Of a DNA stretch of 64,000 bases, positions 18,112-27,441 are shown one piece after another. Made by a program: the position numbers and the translations under genes. The stretch spans positions 4,082 to 68,081 of the forward strand of contig JAJZQW010000002.1 of the NCBI GenBank assembly GCA_021802985.1. Direction: 5' to 3'. The notes below the pieces were generated by a model. That model was not told the origin of the DNA and did not search any database. It saw nothing but the letters and a program-made list of their open reading frames with translations. Each line of letters begins with the position of its first letter. The stretch's first letter is position 1. The stretch is from Acidobacteriota bacterium. Its GTDB lineage: Bacteria > Acidobacteriota > Holophagae > Holophagales > Holophagaceae.

Positions 18112-19566
18112 ATGACCTTGAGTACGGCAATGGATTGGCGCGGCGGGCTCGATGCCGGCGATCTGTCGGCCGAGGTACTGGTGCGCCGGTCCCTGGATCG
18201 GATCCAGTCCCTCGATCCTACGCTCCATGCGGTCCTGACCACGGACGCCGACCGGAGCCTGGCGCTGGCCCAGGCCGCTGACCGGCGTCTCCAGGCGGGA
18301 GAGCGTACGCCTGTCCTGGGCCTGCCGGTCGTTCTCAAGGACAACCTCAACTGGATGGGCCTGCCCACCACCTGCGGATCCGCAGTGCTGGAAGGGTACC
18401 GGTCCCCCTACGACGCCACCGTGGTGTCCCGGCTCCTGGCCGCGGGGGCCATCCCCATCGCCAAGGCCAACATGGATGAGTTCGCCATGGGCTCCAGCGG
18501 CGAATTCAGCGCCTTCAGCCCGACCCGGAATCCCTGGGACACCACCCGCGTCCCGGGAGGCAGCAGCTCGGGATCGGTGGTGTCGGTGGCTGCCGGCTAC
18601 GCCCCCCTGGCCCTTGGAAGCGACACCGGGGGATCGGTACGCCTGCCGGCCAGCTTCTGCAACGTCACGGCCCTCCGTCCGACCTATGGGGTCCTGAGCC
18701 GGTACGGCCTCACGGCCATGGCCTCCAGCCTCGACGTGGTCGGTCCCATCGGGGCCTCGGCCGCAGACGTGGCCAGCGTCCTCCAGGTGATGGCTGGACG
18801 GGACCCCCTGGACAGCACCTCCGTGGAGCTGCCCCAGGTGGGGGATCTCTTCCCCCTCCTTCCAGCGGATTTGAGGGGCCTGAAGATCGGCCTGCCCTCG
18901 GAGTACTGGGGCGAGGGCCTGGAACCGGGTACGCGTGGTGTCCTGGAGGCCGCCCTCGGAGAACTCGATCGCCTTGGGGCCTCTCCGGTGAAGATCCGGC
19001 TTCCCCACACCCGCTACGCCATTGATGCCTACTACCTCATCTGCACCAGTGAGGTCTCCAGCAACCTCAGCCGCTTTGATGGCGTCCGCTATGGATCCCG
19101 GGCTGAGCGTGATGACCTTACGGACATGATCTCCGACACGCGGGACCGGGGGTTCGGGGCCGAGGCCAAGCGACGCATTCTGCTGGGGACCTTCTGCCTT
19201 TCCCGTGGCTACTACGACGCCTTCTATCTCAAGGCCCTCAAGGCGAGGACCCTCATCACCCGGGATTTTCTGGAGGCCTTCGCACAGGTAGATCTGCTGG
19301 CGACCCCCATCAGCCCTGGGACGGCCTTCCCCTTCGGGGCCAAGACCGGCGATCCCCTCTCGATGTATCTTGCGGATGTGTATACCGTCACCACCTCCCT
19401 GGCCGGCCTGCCTAGCCTGTCCATGCCCGCAGGGTTCTCAGAAGGTCTGCCCGTGGGCCTGCAACTCATCGGTCCACCCCTGTCGGATGTCCGCCTTCTC
19501 GCCGCAGCCCATGCCTACCAGCAGGCCACGTCCCACCACCTGAAGACCCCTTCCCTGCCCTCATAG
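18112..19566 (+). CDS. gatA: Asp/Glu-tRNA amidotransferase subunit A
   Basis: Amidase signature KDN, GGSSSGS, LGSDTGGSVR plus GatA-specific SSNLSRFDGVRYG and EAKRRILLGTF.LS.GYYDAFY. Confidence 0.93.
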   Translation: MTLSTAMDWRGGLDAGDLSAEVLVRRSLDRIQSLDPTLHAVLTTDADRSLALAQAADRRLQAGERTPVLGLPVVLKDNLNWMGLPTTCGSAVLEGYRSPYDATVVSRLLAAGAIPIAKANMDEFAMGSSGEFSAFSPTRNPWDTTRVPGGSSSGSVVSVAAGYAPLALGSDTGGSVRLPASFCNVTALRPTYGVLSRYGLTAMASSLDVVGPIGASAADVASVLQVMAGRDPLDSTSVELPQVGDLFPLLPADLRGLKIGLPSEYWGEGLEPGTRGVLEAALGELDRLGASPVKIRLPHTRYAIDAYYLICTSEVSSNLSRFDGVRYGSRAERDDLTDMISDTRDRGFGAEAKRRILLGTFCLSRGYYDAFYLKALKARTLITRDFLEAFAQVDLLATPISPGTAFPFGAKTGDPLSMYLADVYTVTTSLAGLPSLSMPAGFSEGLPVGLQLIGPPLSDVRLLAAAHAYQQATSHHLKTPSLPS

Positions 19567-19575
19567 GAGCCCCCC

Positions 19576-20919
19576 ATGGCCTTTGATGTCGTCATGCCCC
19601 AGATGGGCGAAAGCATTGCCGAAGCCACGGTGCTGAAGTGGCACAAGAAGGCCGGGGACACGGTCGCCAAGGACGAGACCCTCTACGAGATCAGCACGGA
19701 CAAGGTGGATGCCGAGATCCCGGCCCCGGCAGCGGGCACCCTGCTGGAGATCCTGGTGGACGTGAACCTCACCGTGCCCGTGGGCACCGTCGTGGCCCGC
19801 ATCGGGGACGCCTCGGAGAAACCCGCGGGCGGGGCGTCCGCCCCCATTGCGACTGCCGCGGCCCCGGCCTCAGCCACCGCCCAGGCCCCCCTGGCGGCCT
19901 CCACCCACCCCATGGACACGGATGACGACAGCCTCGAAGGCCGCCTGCGGACCAAGAGCAGCCCCCTGGTCCGTGAGATGGCCCGCCAGCACGGTCTGGA
20001 CCTCAGCCGCATCCAGGGGACCGGCCAGGCTGGCCGGGTCACCAAGGAGGATCTGGAGGCCTACCTCGCCAAGGGTCCTGCCACCGTTCCCGCCCCGGGA
20101 TCCATTGCACCATCCCTCCCCGCGGTCCACGATCCCTCGGCGCCGACCATGGGCCTCACCCCCGCCCTGGCAGTACCTCCGGCGCCCGCCGCCCCGGCCT
20201 TCGGCGCAGGCGAGCGGGTGAAGGTCGAACCCATGAGCCGCATGCGGAAGATCATCGCCGACAACATGGTGGCCAGCCGCCGCACCTCAGCCCACGTCTA
20301 CACGGTCTTCGAGATCGACATGACCCATGTGGCCCGGCTGCGCAACAAGCACAAGCAGGCCTTCGAGGCGCAGTTCGGCACCAAGCTCTCCTTCATGCCC
20401 TTCATCATGATGGCGGCCTGCAAGGCCCTGCGGGCCTATCCCATCGCCAACGCCTCGGTGGACGGCGACAACATCGCCTACAAGCAGGACGTCAACCTTG
20501 GCATCGCCGTGAGCCTGGACTGGGGCCTCATCGTGCCGGTGGTGAAGAACGCGGACATGATGAACCTGGGCGGCCTGGCCCGCAGCCTCAATGACCTGGC
20601 GGAGCGCGCCCGCACCAAGCAGCTCAAGCCGGACGAGATCTCGGGCGGCACCTTCACGATCACCAACCCCGGCGTCTATGGCGACACCTTCGGCCTGCCG
20701 GTCATCAACCAGCCCCAGGTGGCCATCCAGGGCGTGGGCGCCATCGTCAAACGCCCCGTCGTCGTCACCGGCCCCGACGGTACCGACTTCATCGCCATCC
20801 GCCAGATCATGTTCTCGAGCCTCGGCTTCGACCATCGGATCATCGACGGTGCCATCGGCGACCTGTTCATGGCGGTTGTCAAAAAGGAACTGGAGACTTC
20901 GACCTTCGGGCTGGAGTAG
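19576..20919 (+). CDS. 2-oxoacid dehydrogenase E2 dihydrolipoamide acyltransferase (SucB/DlaT-like)
   Basis: Lipoyl domain EISTDKVDAE, E3-binding SPLVR..A...G.D, GGTFTITNPG, FDHRIIDG. Confidence 0.93.
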   Translation: MAFDVVMPQMGESIAEATVLKWHKKAGDTVAKDETLYEISTDKVDAEIPAPAAGTLLEILVDVNLTVPVGTVVARIGDASEKPAGGASAPIATAAAPASATAQAPLAASTHPMDTDDDSLEGRLRTKSSPLVREMARQHGLDLSRIQGTGQAGRVTKEDLEAYLAKGPATVPAPGSIAPSLPAVHDPSAPTMGLTPALAVPPAPAAPAFGAGERVKVEPMSRMRKIIADNMVASRRTSAHVYTVFEIDMTHVARLRNKHKQAFEAQFGTKLSFMPFIMMAACKALRAYPIANASVDGDNIAYKQDVNLGIAVSLDWGLIVPVVKNADMMNLGGLARSLNDLAERARTKQLKPDEISGGTFTITNPGVYGDTFGLPVINQPQVAIQGVGAIVKRPVVVTGPDGTDFIAIRQIMFSSLGFDHRIIDGAIGDLFMAVVKKELETSTFGLE

Positions 20920-20937
20920 CGAGGACCTGGTCCCAAA

Positions 20938-20966
20938 CGAAGGGGCGGCCGGCGGCCGCCCCTTCG
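20938..20966. terminator. hairpin between convergent E2 and dnaB
   Basis: CGAAGGGGCGGCC-GGC-GGCCGCCCCTTCG. Confidence 0.7.
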
Positions 20967-20984
20967 CACGTTCCGATCATCCAT

Positions 20985-22361
20985 CTACCCGTAGCTTGCC
21001 GTCTCCCGCACCATCTCGCGGTAGGTGGAGTGCTCGCCCTGGAAGTGCAGCTGAATGATGGCGGTGGGACCGTTGCGGTGCTTGGCCACGATCAGTTCTG
21101 CCGAAGGATCAGGCTCGGCGTCGGCGGAAGAGGCGACCATCTTCCGATGAATGAAAGCGACCATGTCGGCGTCCTGCTCGATGGCGCCGGAATCACGGAG
21201 ATCCGATAGCTGGGGCCGGCCACCGGTGCGATGTTCCACTTCACGGTTGAGCTGGGACAGCACCACCACGGGAATGCCGAAATCCTTGGCCATGAGCTTG
21301 AGCCCGCGGCTGATTTCGCCGATGCGGACAGCCTCGTTCTGCTTGGCACCCCGGCTGCCCTCGGGACTGCTGAGCAACTGCAGGTAGTCGACGATGACGA
21401 ACTCGATCCGCCGGTTGCTCTGGCTGCCCTGTTTGAGAACCATGTTCTGGATCTGCGGCACGGTGATGGAGGCCTGATCGCAGATGAAGAGCGGCAGCGT
21501 CGCCAGTTCGTCCCGGGCCTTCAAAAGGTCCTGCATGCGCCCCGCCGCCCGGCCCGCCTGGATGTCCTTCATGTTGGTCTGGCTGTAGGCGGAGAGAAGG
21601 CGCATGAAAACCTCCTCGTGGCTCATTTCCAGGCTGAAGAAGGCCCCGCAGTGGCCATCCCGGCCATCGCGGTTCATGGCGGCGCGCAGGATCCAGTTCA
21701 GGGCAAGGGCGGTCTTGCCGATGCCCGGGCGGGCGGCCAGAACAATGAGGTTGCCGGGCTGGAAGCCCTGCGTGAGTTCGTCGAAGCGGGTGAACCCGAC
21801 CCGGACGCCCGGGGATAGCCGGCCCTCCAGGCGGTCCTGGAGCCGTTCCATGGCATCGTCGGCTACGGCGCCGATGGACAGCAGGCCCCGGGCCTTGGCG
21901 TCTCCCTGGGCGAGATGGAAGAGGCTCTGGGCGGTCTGGTCCATCAGGAGTTCTGGGGCCTCCTCCTCCTCGGCGGCCTGGCGCACAAGCTGGGCGCCCA
22001 GATGCACGAGGCGGCGGAGCTTGGCCTTCCGGCGGATGAGATCCGCCAGCACCTGGGGCCGGCCCACATCTTCCCCGGCCAGCAGTTCCACCAGCCCGGG
22101 GTAGCCGCCCACCCGGTTCAGGCTGTCGTCCTGGTCCAGGGCATCCTTGAGGGTGAGGGAGTTGACCTCGACCTGCGCCTCGATCAGCCGCCGGAGGGCC
22201 CGGAACACCGCCCGGTGGGCCGGATGGACGAAGTCCTCCTCCGACAACGTGAAGACCACCTCCGAGGCCAGCATCTCTGCGCCGGGGGCGCAGCAGGTGG
22301 CCAGGAAGGATCGCTCCGCGTCAATGTCCTCCGGAAGCCGTTCCGGGAGCCAGTCGGCCAT
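20985..22361 (-). CDS. dnaB: replicative DNA helicase
   Basis: AARPGIGKT, FSLEMS, VDYLQL, LSQLNR, SDLRDSGAIEQDAD, AKHRNGPT. Confidence 0.97.
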   Translation of the reverse strand: MADWLPERLPEDIDAERSFLATCCAPGAEMLASEVVFTLSEEDFVHPAHRAVFRALRRLIEAQVEVNSLTLKDALDQDDSLNRVGGYPGLVELLAGEDVGRPQVLADLIRRKAKLRRLVHLGAQLVRQAAEEEEAPELLMDQTAQSLFHLAQGDAKARGLLSIGAVADDAMERLQDRLEGRLSPGVRVGFTRFDELTQGFQPGNLIVLAARPGIGKTALALNWILRAAMNRDGRDGHCGAFFSLEMSHEEVFMRLLSAYSQTNMKDIQAGRAAGRMQDLLKARDELATLPLFICDQASITVPQIQNMVLKQGSQSNRRIEFVIVDYLQLLSSPEGSRGAKQNEAVRIGEISRGLKLMAKDFGIPVVVLSQLNREVEHRTGGRPQLSDLRDSGAIEQDADMVAFIHRKMVASSADAEPDPSAELIVAKHRNGPTAIIQLHFQGEHSTYREMVRETASYG

Positions 22362-22377
22362 CAGTGCACGCCCTCTC

Positions 22378-25300
22378 TCAGGGGAAAGGAGGAGTGTACC
22401 CGCCCCCCGTCACGTCCACAAAGATGGGGTTCGTGACGGCGATGGGGTAGATGCCCTTCATGATCTTGGCCCAGGGGGTGCCGGGTGCGTAGGCCCCGGT
22501 GGTGGTGAGCGGAACTCCCGCCTCCACGACAACCCAGGCGTCCTTCCCAGCGGGTAGCGTCAGGTTCACTGAGGCAGTACGAAGCCGTGGATCGGTGGCG
22601 GAAGCCGTGAAGCTGGCCAGGGGGATGGTCTGCACCACGCCATTGACCACGGCCCGCACCTCGTCCACCGGCACCCAGTCAGGCGCATAGAGCGAGATGG
22701 TGAGGGTGGCGGTGGTCACGGGGCCAGCCACCAGCCCGCCGGGCCCGGTGCCATTCACGGCCACGTCCAGCATGGGGCCCGTGGACGCGACAGCCGCTCC
22801 GGATTTGAGCGCGGTGAGCACGGGGCTCAAATCACTCTGATCCAGCGCGGTGGCAGTACCCAGGTTGAGGTAGGTCCGGGCCAGGCCCACTGGTGTGTCG
22901 AGGCTGTACCGCGCAGAGGAGGTCCCCAGGGCCTTGGTGAACGCGCCCGGTGACTGCTGGTCGAGCAGACCGAACCAGTCATTCCGAACGGCGAGGAATT
23001 CGTTGAACCAGGCCGTCGCGTTGGCCGGGTCGGTCAGGGGGAGGGGGTTCCCGTTCGCATCGGAGTACTCGCCCCGGATCAGCTCGAGGGCGTCGAAGTC
23101 GCCCTCGTGCTTACCCAAGGAGTAGGGCCCCGTCTGGGTCCACCAGGCATTGACACCCGTGCCCAATGCCACGCCGGGCGCAAATCCGCGGACCGTGAAC
23201 AACCCCTGGGGGCCACAGGGGCGCTGGATGACGTTGTAGCCTCCCTCGGCCTGAGCCAGGAAGTCCGCCAGGGTCCAGCCCTGGGAGGGCCGCGCCCCGC
23301 CGTAGTGGGCATTGGAGGGTGCTGGGGTAAAGAGGGCCGTGACCCCCCCATCACCAAGGGTTGAACTGCGGGCCCCCACGACGAACGGATCGTTCCCGAT
23401 GGGATCCCGCTGCACATCCGAGATGTTCGGGTTGTTGGAATCGAACTCGTAGCGGAATTCGGCTCGAAGTGCGGTCGGATCGTTGAGCTGGTCCTGCTCG
23501 GTGCGGGCCACCACCTGGACCCCTTCCGCCAACGCCGAGCTGAGCATCTCCCCGGGGTTGAATCCGCCTGTCGTGGCCTGGGTGGGGCCCGGCAGGTCAA
23601 AGGACGTCCAACCCGTGGGAAGGCTGGTCTTCACCACCACGAACTGATGCTGGATGGCAGTCTGTCCATCGAAGGCCGATACCGGAAGGGTGTCGAGGAA
23701 GGACAAGGGGCCTCGAGTCCCGAAGGCCAGATAGTCCCCCTTCGGGAAAAAGCTGCTGAGGGCGGAGTTCGCTGAGGAAAAGGATCCTCCGAAAGCCTGA
23801 TTCCCAGCTTGGTATTGATAGGAAGCCACATTCCCGCCCGCGGCCACCTTCCCCTTGTAGATGGGGTCGAAGTAACCCGCGACCCTGCGGGTGCGCTGCA
23901 TATCAGGATCCGCCGTGGATCCGACGCCCACAAAGGTGATGCGGAGTGGCTGCAGATCGTCATATACCGTCGATCCCGCCTCACGGGCCACGAAGACATG
24001 CACGGATTGTTTCTGGGTAAGGATGTTCCCGGCGGAATCGACGACCTCATTGCGCTCGGGAGCCAGGGATTCACCCAACTGCCAGGCCAGACTCTTCGAT
24101 GGCTGAATGGGGGCGATTATGTGCGGACGCTCGGTATTCAGGACATTCGTACCGGCATAGATGGTCATGCTTTCATTCCGGTTGCGGCTGGTGATGCGGT
24201 ACCGCTCGGTCTGTCCAGGGAAGCTCGGATCGGCCACGGCCGGCAGAAGCACCTGAACCAGTGATCCGCTGGATCCAGGGATTTCACCGTTCTCCCGCCA
24301 TTCCACCCGCTCCAGGGTCCAGTGGGTCGGATCGGTATCCGTACTGGCATCCAGGGCGCTGCCCAAATACCGTTCCATCCGGTACTCGGTCTGCAATGGG
24401 CCCCCAGAAGCGGCCGTTCCAAAGGTATTGAAAAGCAGGAATCCATAGTCGCCGCCGACCAGGTCGAGATGCGACGCCAACATGGCATTGAACACGGTGG
24501 TGGCCTGCGCCGGCTGGACAGGAGACTGGCTCATGCCCCCCACCACGTAGAGTCTCCGGCGGTAGATGATCGACTGCCCGGATGGCAAGCTTGCCACGGC
24601 GGGGCTCCCAGCCACCAGGCGGGCCGGGACACGGGGGCGTTCCTCGGTCAGCGCGGCTTGGGGGTCGGAGGTCACGAGCAGGTGGTCGACGTCCAGGGGC
24701 ATCAGTCCCAAGGTGGTGTGGGAATCGAGGGTACTGCCTGCGGACTCCGCGCCCATGAAGGCCACGGCTGGAGCCACGACGCTGGAGGTAATCGGGTTCG
24801 CGAAATCAGAGCCGGGGATCTCTACACCCCAGGAAGAGATTGGAGTGCCTGCATAGGTCTGGGTAGCGGGTACCACCAGCCGGAAGCCTCCTCCATGCTG
24901 GGAGAGGAAATCGCCAAGATTCTGGATGGGGAGGGTGGCACCAGAGTTGTTCGTGAGGGTGGTCTCCAGGGTGAAGAACCCATCGCGGGTACCCAAGGAG
25001 ATCCGGTGGACCACCTCGACACCCACAACGCGTCCCTGGGCATCCACGGGCACGCCGAGCTTGCCCTTGGGGTCCAACAGGTAGCCCTGCATGTCCAGAT
25101 ACACCAGGTTCGGGGTGTTTCCCGGCACATAGCGGTCGAACACCAGGGGAAGATCGGGATCCTGGTTGGCCACGGGCCCTAGCCGTTCGAGCAGGTCACC
25201 CGGAAGCGAAACTCGCTTGTAGCTCTGGTCCAATGCGATGGTCCCGACATCGAGCACCGCGCCCCCGGAGGACGCACCGAACTGTCCCGGCTCGGCGCCA

Positions 25301-25554
25301 AAGACAGCACCATCGACCGCCAGCTGGACATAGTCGTTCCCCAGGTAGTAGTCACCAGGGCCGGCGGTGGCCTTCAGCCCACCAACGCGATCCCCACCCA
25401 CAGCCGGAATCTCCTCGACGGCGAGGTTCGGGCGCGTGATCCCTGTGGCGCGAAAACAGCCCATCCCTCCACCAGCGACCAGCGTCAGCACCAGGGGGGC
25501 CAACCGCAGCATGAGGCGGGAGGGTGAAGCAGGTCGGGTGAGGCTCATGTTCAT
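22378..25554 (-). CDS. large secreted lipoprotein with CehA/McbA-like (PHP-fold) C-terminal region lacking recognisable metal ligands
   Basis: Lipobox-like GMG-C; C-terminal VGLARTY, ALKSG..VASTGP, APDWVPVDEV..VVNG, DAWVVVEA, AVTNPIFVD; start uncertain (25548-25599). Confidence 0.65.
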   Translation of the reverse strand: MNMSLTRPASPSRLMLRLAPLVLTLVAGGGMGCFRATGITRPNLAVEEIPAVGGDRVGGLKATAGPGDYYLGNDYVQLAVDGAVFGAEPGQFGASSGGAVLDVGTIALDQSYKRVSLPGDLLERLGPVANQDPDLPLVFDRYVPGNTPNLVYLDMQGYLLDPKGKLGVPVDAQGRVVGVEVVHRISLGTRDGFFTLETTLTNNSGATLPIQNLGDFLSQHGGGFRLVVPATQTYAGTPISSWGVEIPGSDFANPITSSVVAPAVAFMGAESAGSTLDSHTTLGLMPLDVDHLLVTSDPQAALTEERPRVPARLVAGSPAVASLPSGQSIIYRRRLYVVGGMSQSPVQPAQATTVFNAMLASHLDLVGGDYGFLLFNTFGTAASGGPLQTEYRMERYLGSALDASTDTDPTHWTLERVEWRENGEIPGSSGSLVQVLLPAVADPSFPGQTERYRITSRNRNESMTIYAGTNVLNTERPHIIAPIQPSKSLAWQLGESLAPERNEVVDSAGNILTQKQSVHVFVAREAGSTVYDDLQPLRITFVGVGSTADPDMQRTRRVAGYFDPIYKGKVAAGGNVASYQYQAGNQAFGGSFSSANSALSSFFPKGDYLAFGTRGPLSFLDTLPVSAFDGQTAIQHQFVVVKTSLPTGWTSFDLPGPTQATTGGFNPGEMLSSALAEGVQVVARTEQDQLNDPTALRAEFRYEFDSNNPNISDVQRDPIGNDPFVVGARSSTLGDGGVTALFTPAPSNAHYGGARPSQGWTLADFLAQAEGGYNVIQRPCGPQGLFTVRGFAPGVALGTGVNAWWTQTGPYSLGKHEGDFDALELIRGEYSDANGNPLPLTDPANATAWFNEFLAVRNDWFGLLDQQSPGAFTKALGTSSARYSLDTPVGLARTYLNLGTATALDQSDLSPVLTALKSGAAVASTGPMLDVAVNGTGPGGLVAGPVTTATLTISLYAPDWVPVDEVRAVVNGVVQTIPLASFTASATDPRLRTASVNLTLPAGKDAWVVVEAGVPLTTTGAYAPGTPWAKIMKGIYPIAVTNPIFVDVTGGGYTPPFP

Positions 25555-25621
25555 CAAGTCAACTCGTCGGAACGAAAGGTCCATGGGGCGGAGAGGCATG
25601 AAGGGTCTATGCTAACCCACG

Positions 25622-26305
25622 ATGTCGATCTCCGCCTTCCTTCATCGCGGCTGGCAACAGAGGCGGGCCCTGCTTGCAGCCCTGGCCCTCCTCCTCCTGG
25701 GAGACTTGCTGTGGACCCTGGGAAGGTTCCCGGCCCTGCACCGGCGCCAGATCTTTTCGCAGGAAGCCCTCCCGCCGACGGGCGGGGCCGTCCTGGTCCT
25801 CGGGGCGGGGGTCTACAGCGATGGTGAGCCAACTCGAATCCTTGAGGGGCGCCTGCGCACAGCCCTGGCGCTGTTCCATGCGGGGAAGGTCCGGTGGTTC
25901 CTGGTCTCCGGGGACAACCGGCAGCCCTCCTACAATGAGCCCCAGGCCATGCGGCGCTGGCTCCTGAAGCAGGGCGTCCCACCCACCCTGATTGTCAGCG
26001 ACTACGCCGGACGCCGGACCTGGGACAGCCTCAAGCGGGCCCAAGTCGTCTTTGGCCAGCGGAAGGTGGTCGTGGTGACTTCGGATTTTCACCTGCCCCG
26101 GGCCCTCTACCTGGCGGACCGCATGGGACTGGTCGCCTGGGGGGTGCCCGCGTCCACCGACCGGCAGCCCTTCTTCGCCAGGGCCCGATTCCTCGCCCGG
26201 GAGTATCTGGCCCGCCACCTGGCCCTCCTCGACGCCTGGTTCCCGCCGAACACCGTGCTCGGCCCGCGGGAGCCCACCCCCGATGACTGGGAGCCGGCCC
26301 CATGA
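25622..26305 (+). CDS. SanA/YdcF/ElyC (DUF218) family protein
   Basis: VLVLGAG, LVSGDN...YNEP.AM, DYAGRRTWDS, VTSDFHLPRA, REYLA. Confidence 0.9.
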   Translation: MSISAFLHRGWQQRRALLAALALLLLGDLLWTLGRFPALHRRQIFSQEALPPTGGAVLVLGAGVYSDGEPTRILEGRLRTALALFHAGKVRWFLVSGDNRQPSYNEPQAMRRWLLKQGVPPTLIVSDYAGRRTWDSLKRAQVVFGQRKVVVVTSDFHLPRALYLADRMGLVAWGVPASTDRQPFFARARFLAREYLARHLALLDAWFPPNTVLGPREPTPDDWEPAP

Positions 26306-27441
26306 CCGGGGAGCAGGGAATCTTCATCCTCGCCGCTGGCCGGCTTCCCCTGGGCCGGTACGGCGGAAGTCTCGCCGGCGAAGGGGCGGTGGGACTGGGG
26401 CTGACGGCCATCCAAGGCCTGCTGGCGGATCCCGTGCTCCCCCAACCTGGGAAGGTGATCTGGGGCATGGCCCGCAGCCATACCCAGGGCATGAACCCGG
26501 CGCGTACCCTGGCCCTCAAGGCCGGGCTGCCTTCGGATGCATCAGCCTTCACCGTGAACATGGCCTGCGGATCCGGGCTCCAGGCCCTGATCCTCGCCGC
26601 CCAGGATCTGCGGGACGGAGCCCCGCGGCCCATCCTGGCCGGCGGCAGCGAGGCCATGTCGGACACCCCCCACCTGATGCCAGGTCTGCGTTGGGGCTTC
26701 CGCATGGGCCACCGCATCCTGCCCGACGTCATGCACCAGGATGGGTTGCGTTGCCCCGTGACCGGCCTGCTCATGGGCGAAACCATCGAGCGGTTGGCGG
26801 CCAAGCGTGGCATCTCCCGCGCCGACGCCGATGCCTGGGCGGCGGACAGCCACCGACGAGCCGCCGAAGCGGATTTTGGTCCGGAAACGCTGCCCCATCC
26901 CAAGCTCGGACAGGATGAATGCATCCGCCCGGGAACCACGGCGGAGGGGCTCTCCCGTCTCGATCCTGTCTTCCTCGCCGGGGGCCAGGTGACGGCCGGC
27001 AATGCTTCGGCGCTCTCCGATGGGGCCTCCGCCCTCCTCCTGGCCCGGGGCGACCAGCTGGGTGATGCCCGTCCCCTGGCCCGGATCCTGGGCTGGGCCG
27101 AAGCCGGCGTGGATCCCATGGACATGGGCGAGGCCCCGGTCCCGGCCGTGCGCCGGTTGCTGGCCGCCCGGGGCCTCACGATCGCGGACATTGCCCTGTG
27201 GGAACTGAACGAGGCCTTCTCCGCCCAGGTGCTCGTCTGCCAGCGGCAGCTGGGGCTCCCTCCGGAACGGCTGAACACGGCCGGAGGGGCCGTGGCCCTG
27301 GGCCATCCCATCGGCGCCACCGGGGCCCGCATCGTGACCACGCTCGTGCATCAGCTCAGAGCACAGGGGGGCGGTCTGGGCGTCGCCACGCTCGGCATCG
27401 GCGGGGGCCTCGGACTGGCCCTGCTGGTCGAAACCCTCTAG
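26302..27441 (+). CDS. thiolase-family protein (second catalytic Cys replaced by Gly)
   Basis: NMACGSG, VTAGNAS..SDGA, ELNEAF, GHPIGATG; C-terminus reads ATLGIGGG. Confidence 0.9.
   Translation: MTGEQGIFILAAGRLPLGRYGGSLAGEGAVGLGLTAIQGLLADPVLPQPGKVIWGMARSHTQGMNPARTLALKAGLPSDASAFTVNMACGSGLQALILAAQDLRDGAPRPILAGGSEAMSDTPHLMPGLRWGFRMGHRILPDVMHQDGLRCPVTGLLMGETIERLAAKRGISRADADAWAADSHRRAAEADFGPETLPHPKLGQDECIRPGTTAEGLSRLDPVFLAGGQVTAGNASALSDGASALLLARGDQLGDARPLARILGWAEAGVDPMDMGEAPVPAVRRLLAARGLTIADIALWELNEAFSAQVLVCQRQLGLPPERLNTAGGAVALGHPIGATGARIVTTLVHQLRAQGGGLGVATLGIGGGLGLALLVETL

Noticed and set aside
16389-18371. 660-aa PP2C with a long N-terminal extension
   Set aside because: The extension overlaps the J-domain gene and gatA in other frames; the true start is 17156.
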